Assembly (NCBI GenBank): GCA_964615415.1
Contig: CAZTNI010000001.1
Span: forward strand, 112,746-176,745
Direction of reading: 5' to 3'
Length of the DNA: 64,000 nt
Origin: an uncultured Candidatus Saccharibacteria bacterium
GTDB taxonomy: Bacteria > Patescibacteriota > Minisyncoccia > Phycocordibacterales > SBAW01
Below are positions 9,720 to 18,914 of this stretch, in pieces. The notes below the pieces were generated by a model. The model was not told where the DNA came from, made no database searches, and was given only the letters and a program-made list of their open reading frames with translations. The position numbers and the translations under genes are program-made. How positions within the stretch are numbered: position 1 is the stretch's first letter; each line of letters starts with the position of its first letter.

Positions 9720-11192
9720 TTATACAAAGTATTTCTTACGAATGTCCTTTACGTTTTCTTCTTCAGCTTCTTCCTTTTTTTCCTTCCCTTCTTCTCCTAA
9801 TTTGCGCAATTGTGCATCGTTAAGTTGCGAAAGTTCTTGAGATTTTTTTTCTAAATACTCTGCGGAATTTTTTTTCGGGTCATCTAAAACTTCTTCCAGT
9901 AGTGCGTGGAGCATCCACCCTAGTCGAGGCCCCGGCTTCTCCCCTGTCACCTCCATGAGACGCTTCCCGTCTATCCCGAGCATACCAACAGAGATGGGGT
10001 CGCGGAGTGCCTGTTCGATCATGGACTGATAGACCCGGAGACGGAAGGGTTGCTCCTTCGGGCGGCCGGTACCTATCCGGTCGCAGATGCGGAGTTTCAC
10101 CAAGTCGTCGATACTCTCCCTCCCCACGTTGCGGATAATGCGGCGAACGGCAGAGAGTGTGATCTTGTCCGGGTCGGAGAAGAACATGTGCCAGCGGACC
10201 AGCTTTTCTATCTTGTCGACAGTTTCACGTGGAAACTTAAGGTCTTCCAGGGCCTTTTTAGCCATTTTAGCCCCTATTACCTCATGTCCATGGAAGGTCC
10301 AGTCGTGCTTGTCGTCCGACCAGCGGCGGCTTTTTGGCTTTCCTATGTCGTGAAATAAGGCTGCAATGCGTATATCTAGGCTCCATTCCTTGTCTGCGGC
10401 GTGCTGCAAGGCACGCATAGAGTGCTCAAACACATCAAATGAATGTGCCTGGTTCTGCTCCACCCCTACCCCACGCTCGATTTCAGGTGAAACGTAGCCC
10501 AAAATACCCAAACTATGCATTAAAATAAGGGCTTTCATGGGTTTGGAGGACTTCAGTGTCCGTATAAACTCATCGCGCACGCGCTCCTTAGAGATTTTGC
10601 CTAACTGCTTGGCACACTCCCCCATTGCATCCTTAGTTTGAGCCTCAATTTGGAAGTCGAGCTCTGCGGAAAGCCGTACCGCACGCATTATGCGCAAGGC
10701 ATCTTCTCCAAAGCGTTCAACCGGATTTCCCACAGCGCGAATGATCCCGTCCTTTATGTCCTTAATGCCCTCGTAAAGGTCAACCAGCTCATCAGAGCTC
10801 GGGCTATACGCCAAAGCGTTAACAGTAAAGTCGCGTCTTTTAAGGTCTTCGTCTAATTTTTGGCTAAAAGTAACGCTATCTGGCCGACGAGCGTCGCTAT
10901 ACTTCCCTTCCGTGCGATATGGCGTTACTTCCACAATTTTAAGAGTTTCATCCTCTTCCCCGTCATTAACCACCCCTACAGTGCCAAATTCGTTCGTATA
11001 GTACGTATTTTCAAATAAGCCTTGTATTTGCTCGGGTGTGGCGTTAGTTGTTACGTCCCAGTCGTTTGGTTTTTTACCTAGAAAGAGGTCGCGCACGCAG
11101 CCGCCGACAATCCAAGCTTCAAAACCAGCCTTTTCCAAGGTATTTGTTATACGTGAAACCGGGGATGGAACATCCCCTGCCCTAATCTTCAT
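9720..11192 (-). CDS. cca: CCA-adding tRNA nucleotidyltransferase with HD domain
   Basis: N-terminal GGCVRD polymerase-beta motif, HD domain (HDIGK), Lys/Glu-rich C-terminal tail. Confidence 0.9.
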   Translation of the reverse strand: MKIRAGDVPSPVSRITNTLEKAGFEAWIVGGCVRDLFLGKKPNDWDVTTNATPEQIQGLFENTYYTNEFGTVGVVNDGEEDETLKIVEVTPYRTEGKYSDARRPDSVTFSQKLDEDLKRRDFTVNALAYSPSSDELVDLYEGIKDIKDGIIRAVGNPVERFGEDALRIMRAVRLSAELDFQIEAQTKDAMGECAKQLGKISKERVRDEFIRTLKSSKPMKALILMHSLGILGYVSPEIERGVGVEQNQAHSFDVFEHSMRALQHAADKEWSLDIRIAALFHDIGKPKSRRWSDDKHDWTFHGHEVIGAKMAKKALEDLKFPRETVDKIEKLVRWHMFFSDPDKITLSAVRRIIRNVGRESIDDLVKLRICDRIGTGRPKEQPFRLRVYQSMIEQALRDPISVGMLGIDGKRLMEVTGEKPGPRLGWMLHALLEEVLDDPKKNSAEYLEKKSQELSQLNDAQLRKLGEEGKEKKEEAEEENVKDIRKKYFV

Positions 11193-11284
11193 AATGCTAA
11201 TAGTAACAGACCCTACTGCGAGTCGGTAGGATTTTGAAAAAAATGTGATTAACTGCTACACTCTGGTTGTGCTATCCGGGATTC

Positions 11285-11356
11285 GCTCCCGTGGTGAAAT
11301 GGATATCACGACTGGCTTCGAACCAGTTGTTGGGGGTTCGAGTCCCTCCGGGAGCA
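11285..11356 (+). tRNA. tRNA-Arg (anticodon TCG)
   Basis: Hand-folded cloverleaf. Acceptor GCTCCCG/CGGGAGC, D-stem GTGA/TCAC, anticodon stem ACTGG/CCAGT with loop CTTCGAA, T-arm GGGGG-TTCGAGT-CCCTC. Confidence 0.85.
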
Positions 11357-11372
11357 CAAGTTCGTACATTTT

Positions 11373-11446
11373 GCGGCCATGGTTAAGTGGTATAATGCGT
11401 CCTTGCCAAGGACGAGTTGGGAGTTCGATTCTCCCTGGCCGCACCA
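11373..11446 (+). tRNA. tRNA-Gly (anticodon GCC), CCA encoded
   Basis: Acceptor GCGGCCA/TGGCCGC, anticodon stem CGTCC/GGACG with loop TTGCCAA, T-arm GGGAG-TTCGATT-CTCCC, 3' CCA. Confidence 0.85.
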
Positions 11447-11636
11447 AAGTGTGTTTTAAGGGGCTCTAAGGTCAAAGACTTATTCCCCATCCTGTGAGTT
11501 TTAGGTTTGTTGAAAAATAAGGCTTTTTAAAGAACATCTGTGGATAAGTCTGTGGAGATGTGTATTAAAGACAAGTCTCAGATGTCTCTACATATGAGCA
11601 AAACGTTTCAATAGAAACGTTCTAACAAGGTTACAC

Positions 11637-12035
11637 GTGAACCCAGTGAAGACTGCTAAGCGGAACATAGGTGATATGGGAGAAGAAGTTGCTTGCGCCT
11701 ATCTTGAAAAGAAAGGGGATATTGTCATTGAGCGAAACTACCTCAAGCCGTGGGGAGAGATAGACATTGTGACAAAGCGGGGGAATAAGCTCGTATTTGT
11801 TGAGGTTAAGTCTGTTTCATGTGAATCAGTAGAAGATATTTCACGTGCAACAGTCCGGCCAGAGGAAAATATGCATTCCTCTAAGCTTAAACGCCTCCAT
11901 AGAGCCATACAAACGTACTTGTTGGACCATAAGGTGGGGGAGGAGGTGGAGTGGCAAATTGACCTCGCTTGTGTTTATCTAGACAGAGTACGAAAAGAGG
12001 CAAAAGTCGAATTGATAGAGAATATTGTCCTTTAG
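11637..12035 (+). CDS. yraN: YraN-family (UPF0102) endonuclease
   Basis: NIGDMGEEVACAYLEKKGDIVIERNY...GEIDIV...FVEVK, a PD-(D/E)xK fold typical of YraN. Confidence 0.8.
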   Translation: MNPVKTAKRNIGDMGEEVACAYLEKKGDIVIERNYLKPWGEIDIVTKRGNKLVFVEVKSVSCESVEDISRATVRPEENMHSSKLKRLHRAIQTYLLDHKVGEEVEWQIDLACVYLDRVRKEAKVELIENIVL

Positions 12036-12074
12036 TATGTTATTCTCGAGTCATACCGGAGGAAATCCTCCAGA

Positions 12075-12148
12075 ACGGGCTGTCGTATACCGGTAGTACG
12101 CTTGCTTTGGGAGCAAGATGACTGGGTTCGATTCCCAGCAGCCCGACC
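12075..12148 (+). tRNA. tRNA-Pro (anticodon TGG), CCA encoded
   Basis: Acceptor CGGGCTG/CAGCCCG, anticodon stem CTTGC/GCAAG with loop TTTGGGA, T-arm CTGGG-TTCGATT-CCCAG, 3' ACCA. Confidence 0.85.
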
Positions 12149-12150
12149 AG

Positions 12151-13023
12151 ATGAAACGTGTAACCTTGCAAGTGGCCTCAGGAGGAGAGTATGAACTCCT
12201 CGACTGTGGCGGTGAAGAAAAGCTTGAGAAATATAGTAATGTCGTGCTTGTACGCCCCGACCCACAGGCGCTCTGGGAAAAATCTTTACCGGAGTCAGAG
12301 TGGCACAAGGCGGACGGACGCTACGAACGCGAGGGTAGGGAGGGGAAGTGGATTACTAAAACGACGCTTCCTAAGGAATGGCCGATCCAGTTTGGCGGTT
12401 TTACCTTTATTATTCGCCCTACTTCCTTTAAGCACACCGGAGTTTTTCCGGAACAGGAAGCTAATTGGGCCTGGATCAGCGAATCTGTTACAAAAGCGGG
12501 CAGGGGAGTGAAAGTGCTTAACCTCTTTGCCTACACTGGCGGGGCTACGCTCGCTGCGGCTGCTGCGGGCGCTGAAGTGACACATGTAGATGCTTCTAAA
12601 ACAGCTGTAACGTGGGCAAGAGAAAATGCCGCAGCCTCAAACTTGAGCGAAGCTCCTATACGCTGGATTGTTGAAGATGTACGCCTATTTGTAGAGCGTG
12701 AACTGAAGCGAGGTAACAAATATGACCTTATTTTAATGGATCCGCCGGCCTTTGGTCATGGTCCTAAGGATGAATTATGGAAAATCGAGGAGCATTTGGT
12801 GGAGTTTATTAAACTTTGCAGCCAATTACTGACTGAAAAGCCGCTCGGTATCCTTATAAACGGCTACGCCGAAGGGTATTCTCCACTTGCGTTTGCGTAT
12901 AACCTAGAGCCTTTACAGGAAAAGTATGGTGGTTCGATCGAATATGGCGAGCTTACTATAGAAGACAAGGCAAAAAAGCGACTTCTCCCTGCAGGTATCT
13001 TTGCTCGGTGGCGAACAATTTAG
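12151..13023 (+). CDS. Class I SAM-dependent methyltransferase (RlmI/RlmK-like)
   Basis: LNLFAYTGGATLAAAAAGA...DPPAF motifs. The ORF-track start at 12118 overlaps tRNA-Pro, so the Met at 12151 was used. Confidence 0.8.
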   Translation: MKRVTLQVASGGEYELLDCGGEEKLEKYSNVVLVRPDPQALWEKSLPESEWHKADGRYEREGREGKWITKTTLPKEWPIQFGGFTFIIRPTSFKHTGVFPEQEANWAWISESVTKAGRGVKVLNLFAYTGGATLAAAAAGAEVTHVDASKTAVTWARENAAASNLSEAPIRWIVEDVRLFVERELKRGNKYDLILMDPPAFGHGPKDELWKIEEHLVEFIKLCSQLLTEKPLGILINGYAEGYSPLAFAYNLEPLQEKYGGSIEYGELTIEDKAKKRLLPAGIFARWRTI

Positions 13024-14177
13024 TTGTTAAGCGCAGTAATCAGCTTCTCGCGCTCTCCTGGGGCAACGTTTGTGGCAAAATCAGCCGCTGCCTCTGCTAT
13101 GTCTGTACTCAAAAGTGCTTTAATACCTCCTTTGCCTTCTGCGGCAAGGCTTCGGTTAATATGGCTCAGCATAACGGCACGTAAGTCTCGGTCGCCGGTC
13201 GTTGCACCTGCGGTTGCAGTCGAAATAAGGCTCATAACTCGACTGTCGCTACCGCGTACGACTGCGCCGCCAGAAGCTCCACCTTGCGAAAGTACGGTGC
13301 CGCCAATCGAAATAACATCAATAAAGCCTTTTTCGTCAAAGGTGAACAGTTTTTGCACGACGGTAAATGCTGAAGTGACATATAAATCGCGTTCAATTGA
13401 TGTTCCGTTAAGAAAACCGGCAGGATACCCAGCAAGAAGCACTTCTTCACCGATCTCTGGGTCGTCTGTTGTAAGGCCGACGTTAGGAAAAGAGGCAGGA
13501 AGGGGAGTGTTGAGGTCTGCAGAGGCAGTGATACGGAGGAAGGCGTAGTCGTGTTCTCCGGTACCAAGTGGCCTCTCTGCCTTTAATTGGCTCGCATTCG
13601 CATCGATCCATGCAGGTGGTAGGTAGAGTAGCTCTGCCTTGTACCGTGGCTCTGCGGGCGATCCTGTGCGAATAGTGCATTCTACACTGTTAGGCGTTGG
13701 ATAATCTTTAAGAAGAAAAAATTGGCCTATGTGAGCGTTGGTAAGAATGACTCCACGCGAGTCGACAATGATCCCTGAGCCTGAAATAGAGCCAATACCG
13801 CTTCCGCTCCGGGCAATACACAGAATATTTACAAGTGATGCTCGGGTATTTGCATTTACCGCCTCGTAGTTGATCGCTACCGGCTTAGGAGAAGTGCCAG
13901 AAGCGCTTTGTGTGGCTGTAGAAGGGGAAGAAAGGGGAGTAGAAACCGGTTTTTGAGCCGTAGAGGGTGTTTTTTTAACAGTGCTGGTGGGTATAGATAT
14001 GGCGACGGTGGTGTGTGTAATGGGTAGCTCTACTTCAAGCACCTCTCCTTCTTGAGGTACGTAGGAGGTAAGGGGAGGGAAGTCGATGTGGAGTGCTACA
14101 AGAGCGCTCCCAAGCGCTATAGTAATTGTTATAAATAGTGAGTCGATTGCCCGTAGAAGGGTAGAGAGGACTTCCAT
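13020..14177 (-). CDS. Trypsin-like serine protease (S1 family) with N-terminal TM anchor and S/T/P-rich linker
   Basis: His (TNAHI), Asp (DYAFLRI) and Ser (GGASGGAV) triad spacing typical of the S1/HtrA-like fold. No PDZ domain evident. Confidence 0.7.
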   Translation of the reverse strand: MEVLSTLLRAIDSLFITITIALGSALVALHIDFPPLTSYVPQEGEVLEVELPITHTTVAISIPTSTVKKTPSTAQKPVSTPLSSPSTATQSASGTSPKPVAINYEAVNANTRASLVNILCIARSGSGIGSISGSGIIVDSRGVILTNAHIGQFFLLKDYPTPNSVECTIRTGSPAEPRYKAELLYLPPAWIDANASQLKAERPLGTGEHDYAFLRITASADLNTPLPASFPNVGLTTDDPEIGEEVLLAGYPAGFLNGTSIERDLYVTSAFTVVQKLFTFDEKGFIDVISIGGTVLSQGGASGGAVVRGSDSRVMSLISTATAGATTGDRDLRAVMLSHINRSLAAEGKGGIKALLSTDIAEAAADFATNVAPGEREKLITALNN

Positions 14178-14210
14178 ATTGGTTTAGTATACGGTACGAT
14201 TCGAGCAAAA

Positions 14211-14281
14211 GCGGGATTAGTTTAGTGGTAAAACGACAGTTTTCCAAACTGTAGTTGGGAGTTCGATTCTCCCATCCCGCA
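14211..14281 (+). tRNA. tRNA-Gly (anticodon TCC)
   Basis: Acceptor GCGGGAT/ATCCCGC, D-stem GTTT/AAAC, anticodon stem ACAGT/ACTGT with loop TTTCCAA, T-arm GGGAG-TTCGATT-CTCCC. Confidence 0.85.
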
Positions 14282-14324
14282 CACGTTCATACCGGATTCA
14301 TTACAAGCTGATTAAGTAACGAAC

Positions 14325-15092
14325 ATGACCAGACGAGGTATTGTAGCTGTTGTATTGATTCTTATTGTGCTCATTATTGGCGGGTGGTACTTCTTTATTA
14401 ACCGAGGTCCTGCTATTTCGTATACAGTGATTGAAAGCGGGGATCGCCAACACAAAGAAGAAACGGATTTTTACACCATCCAGATGACCTATCCTGACGA
14501 GACACCTCTTGTAGAACGCGGAGGGTGGGGTGCGGAAAATAGCGCTCAAGATGCTATAGAAGAGCTCTTGCAAGATGAGATGCAGGATTTTAAAAGCATC
14601 GTCGCAGAGAATTTAACAGAGACGGAAAAAGCACGTCTGCAGGAAAACCTTATTAAATATTCTTTGAATGTCGCATACAGGCCGTATTCTTCAGGAGAGT
14701 ATGTGTCGTATGAGTTCGATGTGTTTACCGACACAGGTGGCGCACACCCGAACAACTACTATCGCACGCTCGTTTTCGACCTTGAAGGGCGTACCGTTGC
14801 GCTCGGCGACCTTTTCCAGAGTGGTAGTTCGTACCTTGAACGCATTTCCGAAGAGGCAACGCGCCAAGTAACCGAGCAGATAACACAGCGCGCAGGGGCA
14901 GATGCTGTTGCAACGCTTATGCAAGAAGGTTTGGCACCCCGTGCAGAAAACTTTGAGAACTTTGTGGTAGACAGCGACCGTTTGCGCATCTTTATCCCGC
15001 CGTATCAGGCTGCGGCGTACGCAGTAGGGTCGTTTGAAGTCCAGATTCCGCTCTACGACATCCGCGACATCCTTAAACCAGAGGTTCGTTAA
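14325..15092 (+). CDS. DUF3298/DUF4163-like (RsiV-like) membrane-anchored protein
   Basis: N-terminal TM helix and a C-terminal domain with TDTGGAHP..YY motifs, recalled as characteristic of DUF3298. Confidence 0.55.
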   Translation: MTRRGIVAVVLILIVLIIGGWYFFINRGPAISYTVIESGDRQHKEETDFYTIQMTYPDETPLVERGGWGAENSAQDAIEELLQDEMQDFKSIVAENLTETEKARLQENLIKYSLNVAYRPYSSGEYVSYEFDVFTDTGGAHPNNYYRTLVFDLEGRTVALGDLFQSGSSYLERISEEATRQVTEQITQRAGADAVATLMQEGLAPRAENFENFVVDSDRLRIFIPPYQAAAYAVGSFEVQIPLYDIRDILKPEVR

Positions 15093-15104
15093 TAAGGCCT
15101 TTCT

Positions 15105-15189
15105 CAAAACAGCTTTTTCAAAGGTCCTCGGTTCTCCCGTATCGGGCTCGAAGCCCTCTCGGGCCAGACCTTGTGAAAAAGCTGTTTTG
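15105..15189. repeat. Structured repeat element, copy 1 (long stem enclosing a conserved core)
   Basis: Arms caaaacagctttttcaaaggtc / gaccttgtgaaaaagctgttttg flank the core ctcggttctcccgtatcgggctcgaagccctctcgggcc. A homologous core occurs at 20251-20287. Confidence 0.7.
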
Positions 15190-15204
15190 CTTAGGCCACT
15201 CACA

Positions 15205-15236
15205 CGAAAAAATCCGGCAATTGCCGGATTTTTTCG
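15205..15236. terminator. Bidirectional intrinsic terminator
   Basis: aaaaaatccggcaattgccggatttttt between convergent genes (DUF3298-like gene and hup). Confidence 0.6.
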
Positions 15237-15261
15237 TGTGCACACAATTGAGGTTCTGTTA

Positions 15262-15534
15262 CTATTTAACTGCCTCTTTCAAGGCCTTTGCAGCCTGGAA
15301 CTTAGGCACTCGCATAGATGGAACCTGAACTGATTCACCCGTGCGCGGGTTGCGTGCCGTGCGAGAGGCGCGCATTTTGGTCTTAAAGATGCCCAAACCT
15401 GCAATAGAGACCTCCTCATTCTTTTTGAGGGCTGAAACAATGGTTTCAATCACTGTCTCGACTGCGCGTTCTGCGTCTGCTTTGGTTGTACCAAGGACGC
15501 CATGCACCTTTTCTGCGATATCTTGCTTATTCAT
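15262..15534 (-). CDS. hup: DNA-binding protein HU
   Basis: 90 aa. MNKQDIAEKV...GLGIFKTKMRASRTARNPRTGESVQVP is typical of HU/IHF. Confidence 0.9.
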   Translation of the reverse strand: MNKQDIAEKVHGVLGTTKADAERAVETVIETIVSALKKNEEVSIAGLGIFKTKMRASRTARNPRTGESVQVPSMRVPKFQAAKALKEAVK

Positions 15535-15645
15535 AAGGGTTTATTAACGGGTAAATGAACCGTGTACCCTGTGCTGGTAGTATACGACTGCCAAAAAACC
15601 TTGCAATAGAGCCATGGGGATACATTTTTTTGACAAAAAACAAAA

Positions 15646-17175
15646 TTATCGTGCAAATTCAATGGCACGAGTCTCGCGAATTACCGTAACTTTGATCTCT
15701 CCGGGGTATTTAAGTTCACTTTCAATGCGTACTGCGATGTTTCGTGCGAGTTCTCGAGCTGCAACGTCGGTCATTTCGTCTGGTTTTACGAATACCCGCA
15801 CTTCGCGACCTGCAGAAATGGCATACGATTTCTCAACGCCGGTGAATGAATTAGCGATTCCTTCAATATCTGCAAGGCGTTTTATGTAATTTTCAACACT
15901 GTCACGGCGTGCGCCCGGTCGGCCGCCAGAAATAGCGTCGGCAACCTGCACGATAATAGATTCCGGTGTTTCGTACGGGTATTCCTCGTGGTGCGCCTGC
16001 ATTGCTTTGATGACTTCTTCAGAGACGCCAAATTTAGCGAGCACACGACGGCCAATTTCCACATGCGTTCCTTGTACTTCGTGGTCCAAGGCTTTACCAA
16101 TGTCGTGCAAAAGTGCGCCTGCGCGTGCGACTGCTGGGTTTGCACCAAGTTCTTCCGCGATCATGCCGGCAATGTGCGCCATCTCTACCGAGTGCTGGAG
16201 CACCGACTGACCGTACGATGTGCGGAAGTAGAGGCGACCCAATATCATCAAGAGGCGAGGGTCGAGGTTAAGTACGCCCGCTTCAAATGCTGCGGCTTCA
16301 GCTTTTTCTTTAATGATTTTATTTATTTCACCTTTTGCTTTTTCTACCGTTTCTTCAATCTTTGCGGGTTGAATACGGCCGTCGATGATAAGGTTTTCGA
16401 GTGCAACACGGGCAACTGCGCGGCGAATCGGGTCGTATGAAGAAAGCACGATAGAGCCAGGGGTGTCGTCGATAATAATTTCTACACCCGTTGCACGCTC
16501 AAGAGTTTTAATATTGCGGCCTTCTTTACCGATAATCTTTCCTTTAATATCGTCATTCGGAATCGTTACTGCGGTTGCCATGGTGTCGCTCGCAACTGAA
16601 TTACCAAGGCGATGAATCGCAGTGGTAAGAATTTCCCGTGCACGGCGCTCAAGACGTTCCATACCGTCGCGCTCAAGTTTCTGAATACGCACCATCATAT
16701 CTTCTGCATGTTCGCGCTCTAACTCTGCGTGGAGTTGCTGCAGCGCAGCGTCTTTTGACATGCCTGCCACACGTGCAAGTTCTTCAGCGCGCTGGGAAAG
16801 CATAGCTTCTGCGCGTTCGCGGATCGTTTTTACTTCTTCAATTTTATTTTTAACACGCTCAATTTCTTCATCGAGTTCTGCTTGTTTTTTGTCGAGAGAT
16901 TCCTCACGTTTAAAAATACGGTCCTCTGCCCGGGTAATTTTTTCTTCTTTATCTTTGAGCTCTGCTTCGACAGCAACTGCTTTTTGACGAGCCTCTTCTT
17001 CCGCACCGGAAGTTATGCGGTTTGCTTCTTCTTTAGCAGTGAGGAGAATTTGCTTAACTTCAAGCTCGATAGAGCCTTTGCGTGCAAGAACAAGGAGCCA
17101 CCTAAAGGTGTAACCAATGACCGCTCCAAGAACGCCCGCAAGCGCGAGGAGCAAAAACACTATTTTTAATGACAT
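15646..17175 (-). CDS. rny: Ribonuclease Y
   Basis: N-terminal TM helix, coiled coil, KH domain, HD domain (LLHDIGKA). Confidence 0.9.
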   Translation of the reverse strand: MSLKIVFLLLALAGVLGAVIGYTFRWLLVLARKGSIELEVKQILLTAKEEANRITSGAEEEARQKAVAVEAELKDKEEKITRAEDRIFKREESLDKKQAELDEEIERVKNKIEEVKTIRERAEAMLSQRAEELARVAGMSKDAALQQLHAELEREHAEDMMVRIQKLERDGMERLERRAREILTTAIHRLGNSVASDTMATAVTIPNDDIKGKIIGKEGRNIKTLERATGVEIIIDDTPGSIVLSSYDPIRRAVARVALENLIIDGRIQPAKIEETVEKAKGEINKIIKEKAEAAAFEAGVLNLDPRLLMILGRLYFRTSYGQSVLQHSVEMAHIAGMIAEELGANPAVARAGALLHDIGKALDHEVQGTHVEIGRRVLAKFGVSEEVIKAMQAHHEEYPYETPESIIVQVADAISGGRPGARRDSVENYIKRLADIEGIANSFTGVEKSYAISAGREVRVFVKPDEMTDVAARELARNIAVRIESELKYPGEIKVTVIRETRAIEFAR

Positions 17176-17403
17176 AAAGAGGGGAGAACATAAAAGGTAA
17201 AAGTTGGGTGGAAACAGGAAAATCTGAACACCTCAACAATAGCAGAAAGGATGTCACTACACAACGCGAACTCAGAGTTAGCAAAAGGGCCTCGCCACGA
17301 AGTCTCGCAGGGTACGCATAATTTCTTGCTAGAAATTTGCTCAGCCTCGGCGCCGTCGCGCCTGCGGAGCCCCTGCTCAACTTGTGGTGAGGCCCTTTTT
17401 AAC

Positions 17404-18030
17404 TTATTTTGTCACCTTTGCCTTGTTAACAAAGATTTCGTCTACAACGCCGTACTTCTTAGCCTCTTCAGCCATCATAAAGTAGTCGCGGTCCACGTCT
17501 TTTTCGATCTTTTCAAGTGGTTGACCCGTTGCCTTAGAGAGAATCTTGTTAAGGCGCTCTCTGGTAGCGATGATGTGTTTAGCTGTAATTTCAATGTCGG
17601 TAGCCTGGCCTTGTGCACCGCCCCACGGCTGGTGGATCATCACCTCCGCGTTCGGCAGCGCATAGCGCTTACCCTTAGTGCCAGCTGCCAAGATAACTGC
17701 AGCAGCAGATGCGGCAATACCCACACAGACAGTTGCAACGTCTGGTTTAACAAAGTTCATGGTGTCTAAAATGGCCAAACCAGCAGAAACCGAGCCTCCA
17801 GGGGAGTTTATATAGAGCTGAATGTCCTTCTTTGGGTCCTCAGAAGCCAAGAAAAGGAGCTGAGCAATGACTAAATTGGCTGTATGGTCCTCGATCGGGC
17901 CGCTCAAAAAGACGATTCGTTCTTTAAGGAGACGTGAGTAAATGTCAAAAGCGCGCTCACCATAAGGGGATTTCTCCACCACCATAGGTACGAGCTGGTT
18001 ATATATAGGGTTTTTGTCGTTTGATTGCAT
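17404..18030 (-). CDS. clpP: ATP-dependent Clp protease proteolytic subunit
   Basis: Ser-His-Asp motifs ([16 protein letters not shown]). 208 aa. Confidence 0.95.
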   Translation of the reverse strand: MQSNDKNPIYNQLVPMVVEKSPYGERAFDIYSRLLKERIVFLSGPIEDHTANLVIAQLLFLASEDPKKDIQLYINSPGGSVSAGLAILDTMNFVKPDVATVCVGIAASAAAVILAAGTKGKRYALPNAEVMIHQPWGGAQGQATDIEITAKHIIATRERLNKILSKATGQPLEKIEKDVDRDYFMMAEEAKKYGVVDEIFVNKAKVTK

Positions 18031-18155
18031 GGGGACAGTATAGTCTTGACGGTACTAACAATCAACTGTGATACTAGAGCTACAGGGTACAGTTCTCTCA
18101 TCCGCTCTGCGGCCCGTGTTTGCGAGGGTCATCGCAACTTGCCTAGGAGGCAATC

Positions 18156-18359
18156 ATGTTTGGTCTGTTCAACAAAATGCGCCGTTCTCTCGCCGCCCGG
18201 CGGGAGGCAGCGTACGCCCGACAGATTGCGGAGCTCAGCTCCGAATTGCACGACCTCCTTGAGAGGTCGAAGGCAACGACTCGTCAGGCGGAGAAGGTCG
18301 CGGCAGAAGCAGGAGAGCTTCGCCGTAAGGTGATGACTCTTCTTCTCTCTGCTGCCTGA
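18156..18359 (+). CDS. Small coiled-coil hypothetical protein
   Basis: 67 aa, RBS aggagg 5 nt upstream, followed by the tandem hairpins. Confidence 0.45.
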   Translation: MFGLFNKMRRSLAARREAAYARQIAELSSELHDLLERSKATTRQAEKVAAEAGELRRKVMTLLLSAA

Positions 18360-18369
18360 TTTGTTCTTT

Positions 18370-18438
18370 GAACGGGACCGAGGCCCCGTTCACAGACGTT
18401 CTGTTAGTTAGTTAAAGTGCGGGACCGAGGCCCCGCAC
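18370..18438 (+). repeat. Two adjacent hairpins with identical 8-nt loop ACCGAGGC and covarying stems
   Basis: gaacggg-accgaggc-cccgttc (18370-18391) and gtgcggg-accgaggc-cccgcac (18417-18438). Confidence 0.7.
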
Positions 18439-18554
18439 TCAAAGGATCCAGCTCTGTCGCAAGACATCTGGGTCCTTTTTCATTACTTGCGTGTTTTTAT
18501 ATTTTGTTTTATAGTGGTGTCCAGAATTGGTCATCCTACGAACAGGGGCACACA

Positions 18555-18878
18555 ATGACGCTCACGAGACGAGACTTTTTGTACTTGGTGGCAGCGACAT
18601 TCGTTGCGCTGACATGGACTCTATTCTTTGAAGCAGGTGTTGCAACCTCTATGTACCTGCTCTGTACTGCACAAGCAGCTGCGGACGAGTGTACAGGGGT
18701 GTGGCACGCCACAACCCGATTGTATTTCAGTGGCGGAATTTGTCTCGCGGTCGTACTCCTATTTCTCAATCTCGTTGTTAAAGATGCGAGGCAAGTACTA
18801 AAGCCGGCAAGCAGTTCTGCTCTGGCGGTAGTAGCAGGAGTTGCTACGCACTTGTTCGTCTATATGATTTCGAATTAA
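18555..18878 (+). CDS. Hypothetical membrane protein (N-terminus MTLTRRDFLYLVAATFVAL)
   Basis: Internal Met at 18555 chosen because the upstream part of ORF 18417.. reads through the hairpin. Hydrophobic helices and an RRDFL twin-arginine-like motif. Confidence 0.4.
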   Translation: MTLTRRDFLYLVAATFVALTWTLFFEAGVATSMYLLCTAQAAADECTGVWHATTRLYFSGGICLAVVLLFLNLVVKDARQVLKPASSSALAVVAGVATHLFVYMISN

Positions 18879-18913
18879 CAAAAAGGCAGGGATATCCCTG
18901 CCTTTTCTTTTTA
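18879..18913. terminator. Bidirectional intrinsic terminator
   Basis: aaaaaggcagggatatccctgccttttcttttt between convergent genes. Confidence 0.6.
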
Positions 18914-18914
18914 C

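Noticed and set aside
11245-11469. ORFs 11245-11469 (+) and 11256-11447 (-)
   Set aside because: They coincide with the tRNA-Arg and tRNA-Gly genes.
12032-12308. Minus-strand ORFs overlapping tRNA-Pro and the methyltransferase start
   Set aside because: They overlap a clear tRNA and a well-supported CDS on the other strand.
18417-18554. N-terminal 46 codons of ORF 18417-18878
   Set aside because: This part reads straight through the second of the paired hairpins. The internal Met at 18555, with the twin-arginine-like MTLTRRDFL, is a more plausible start.
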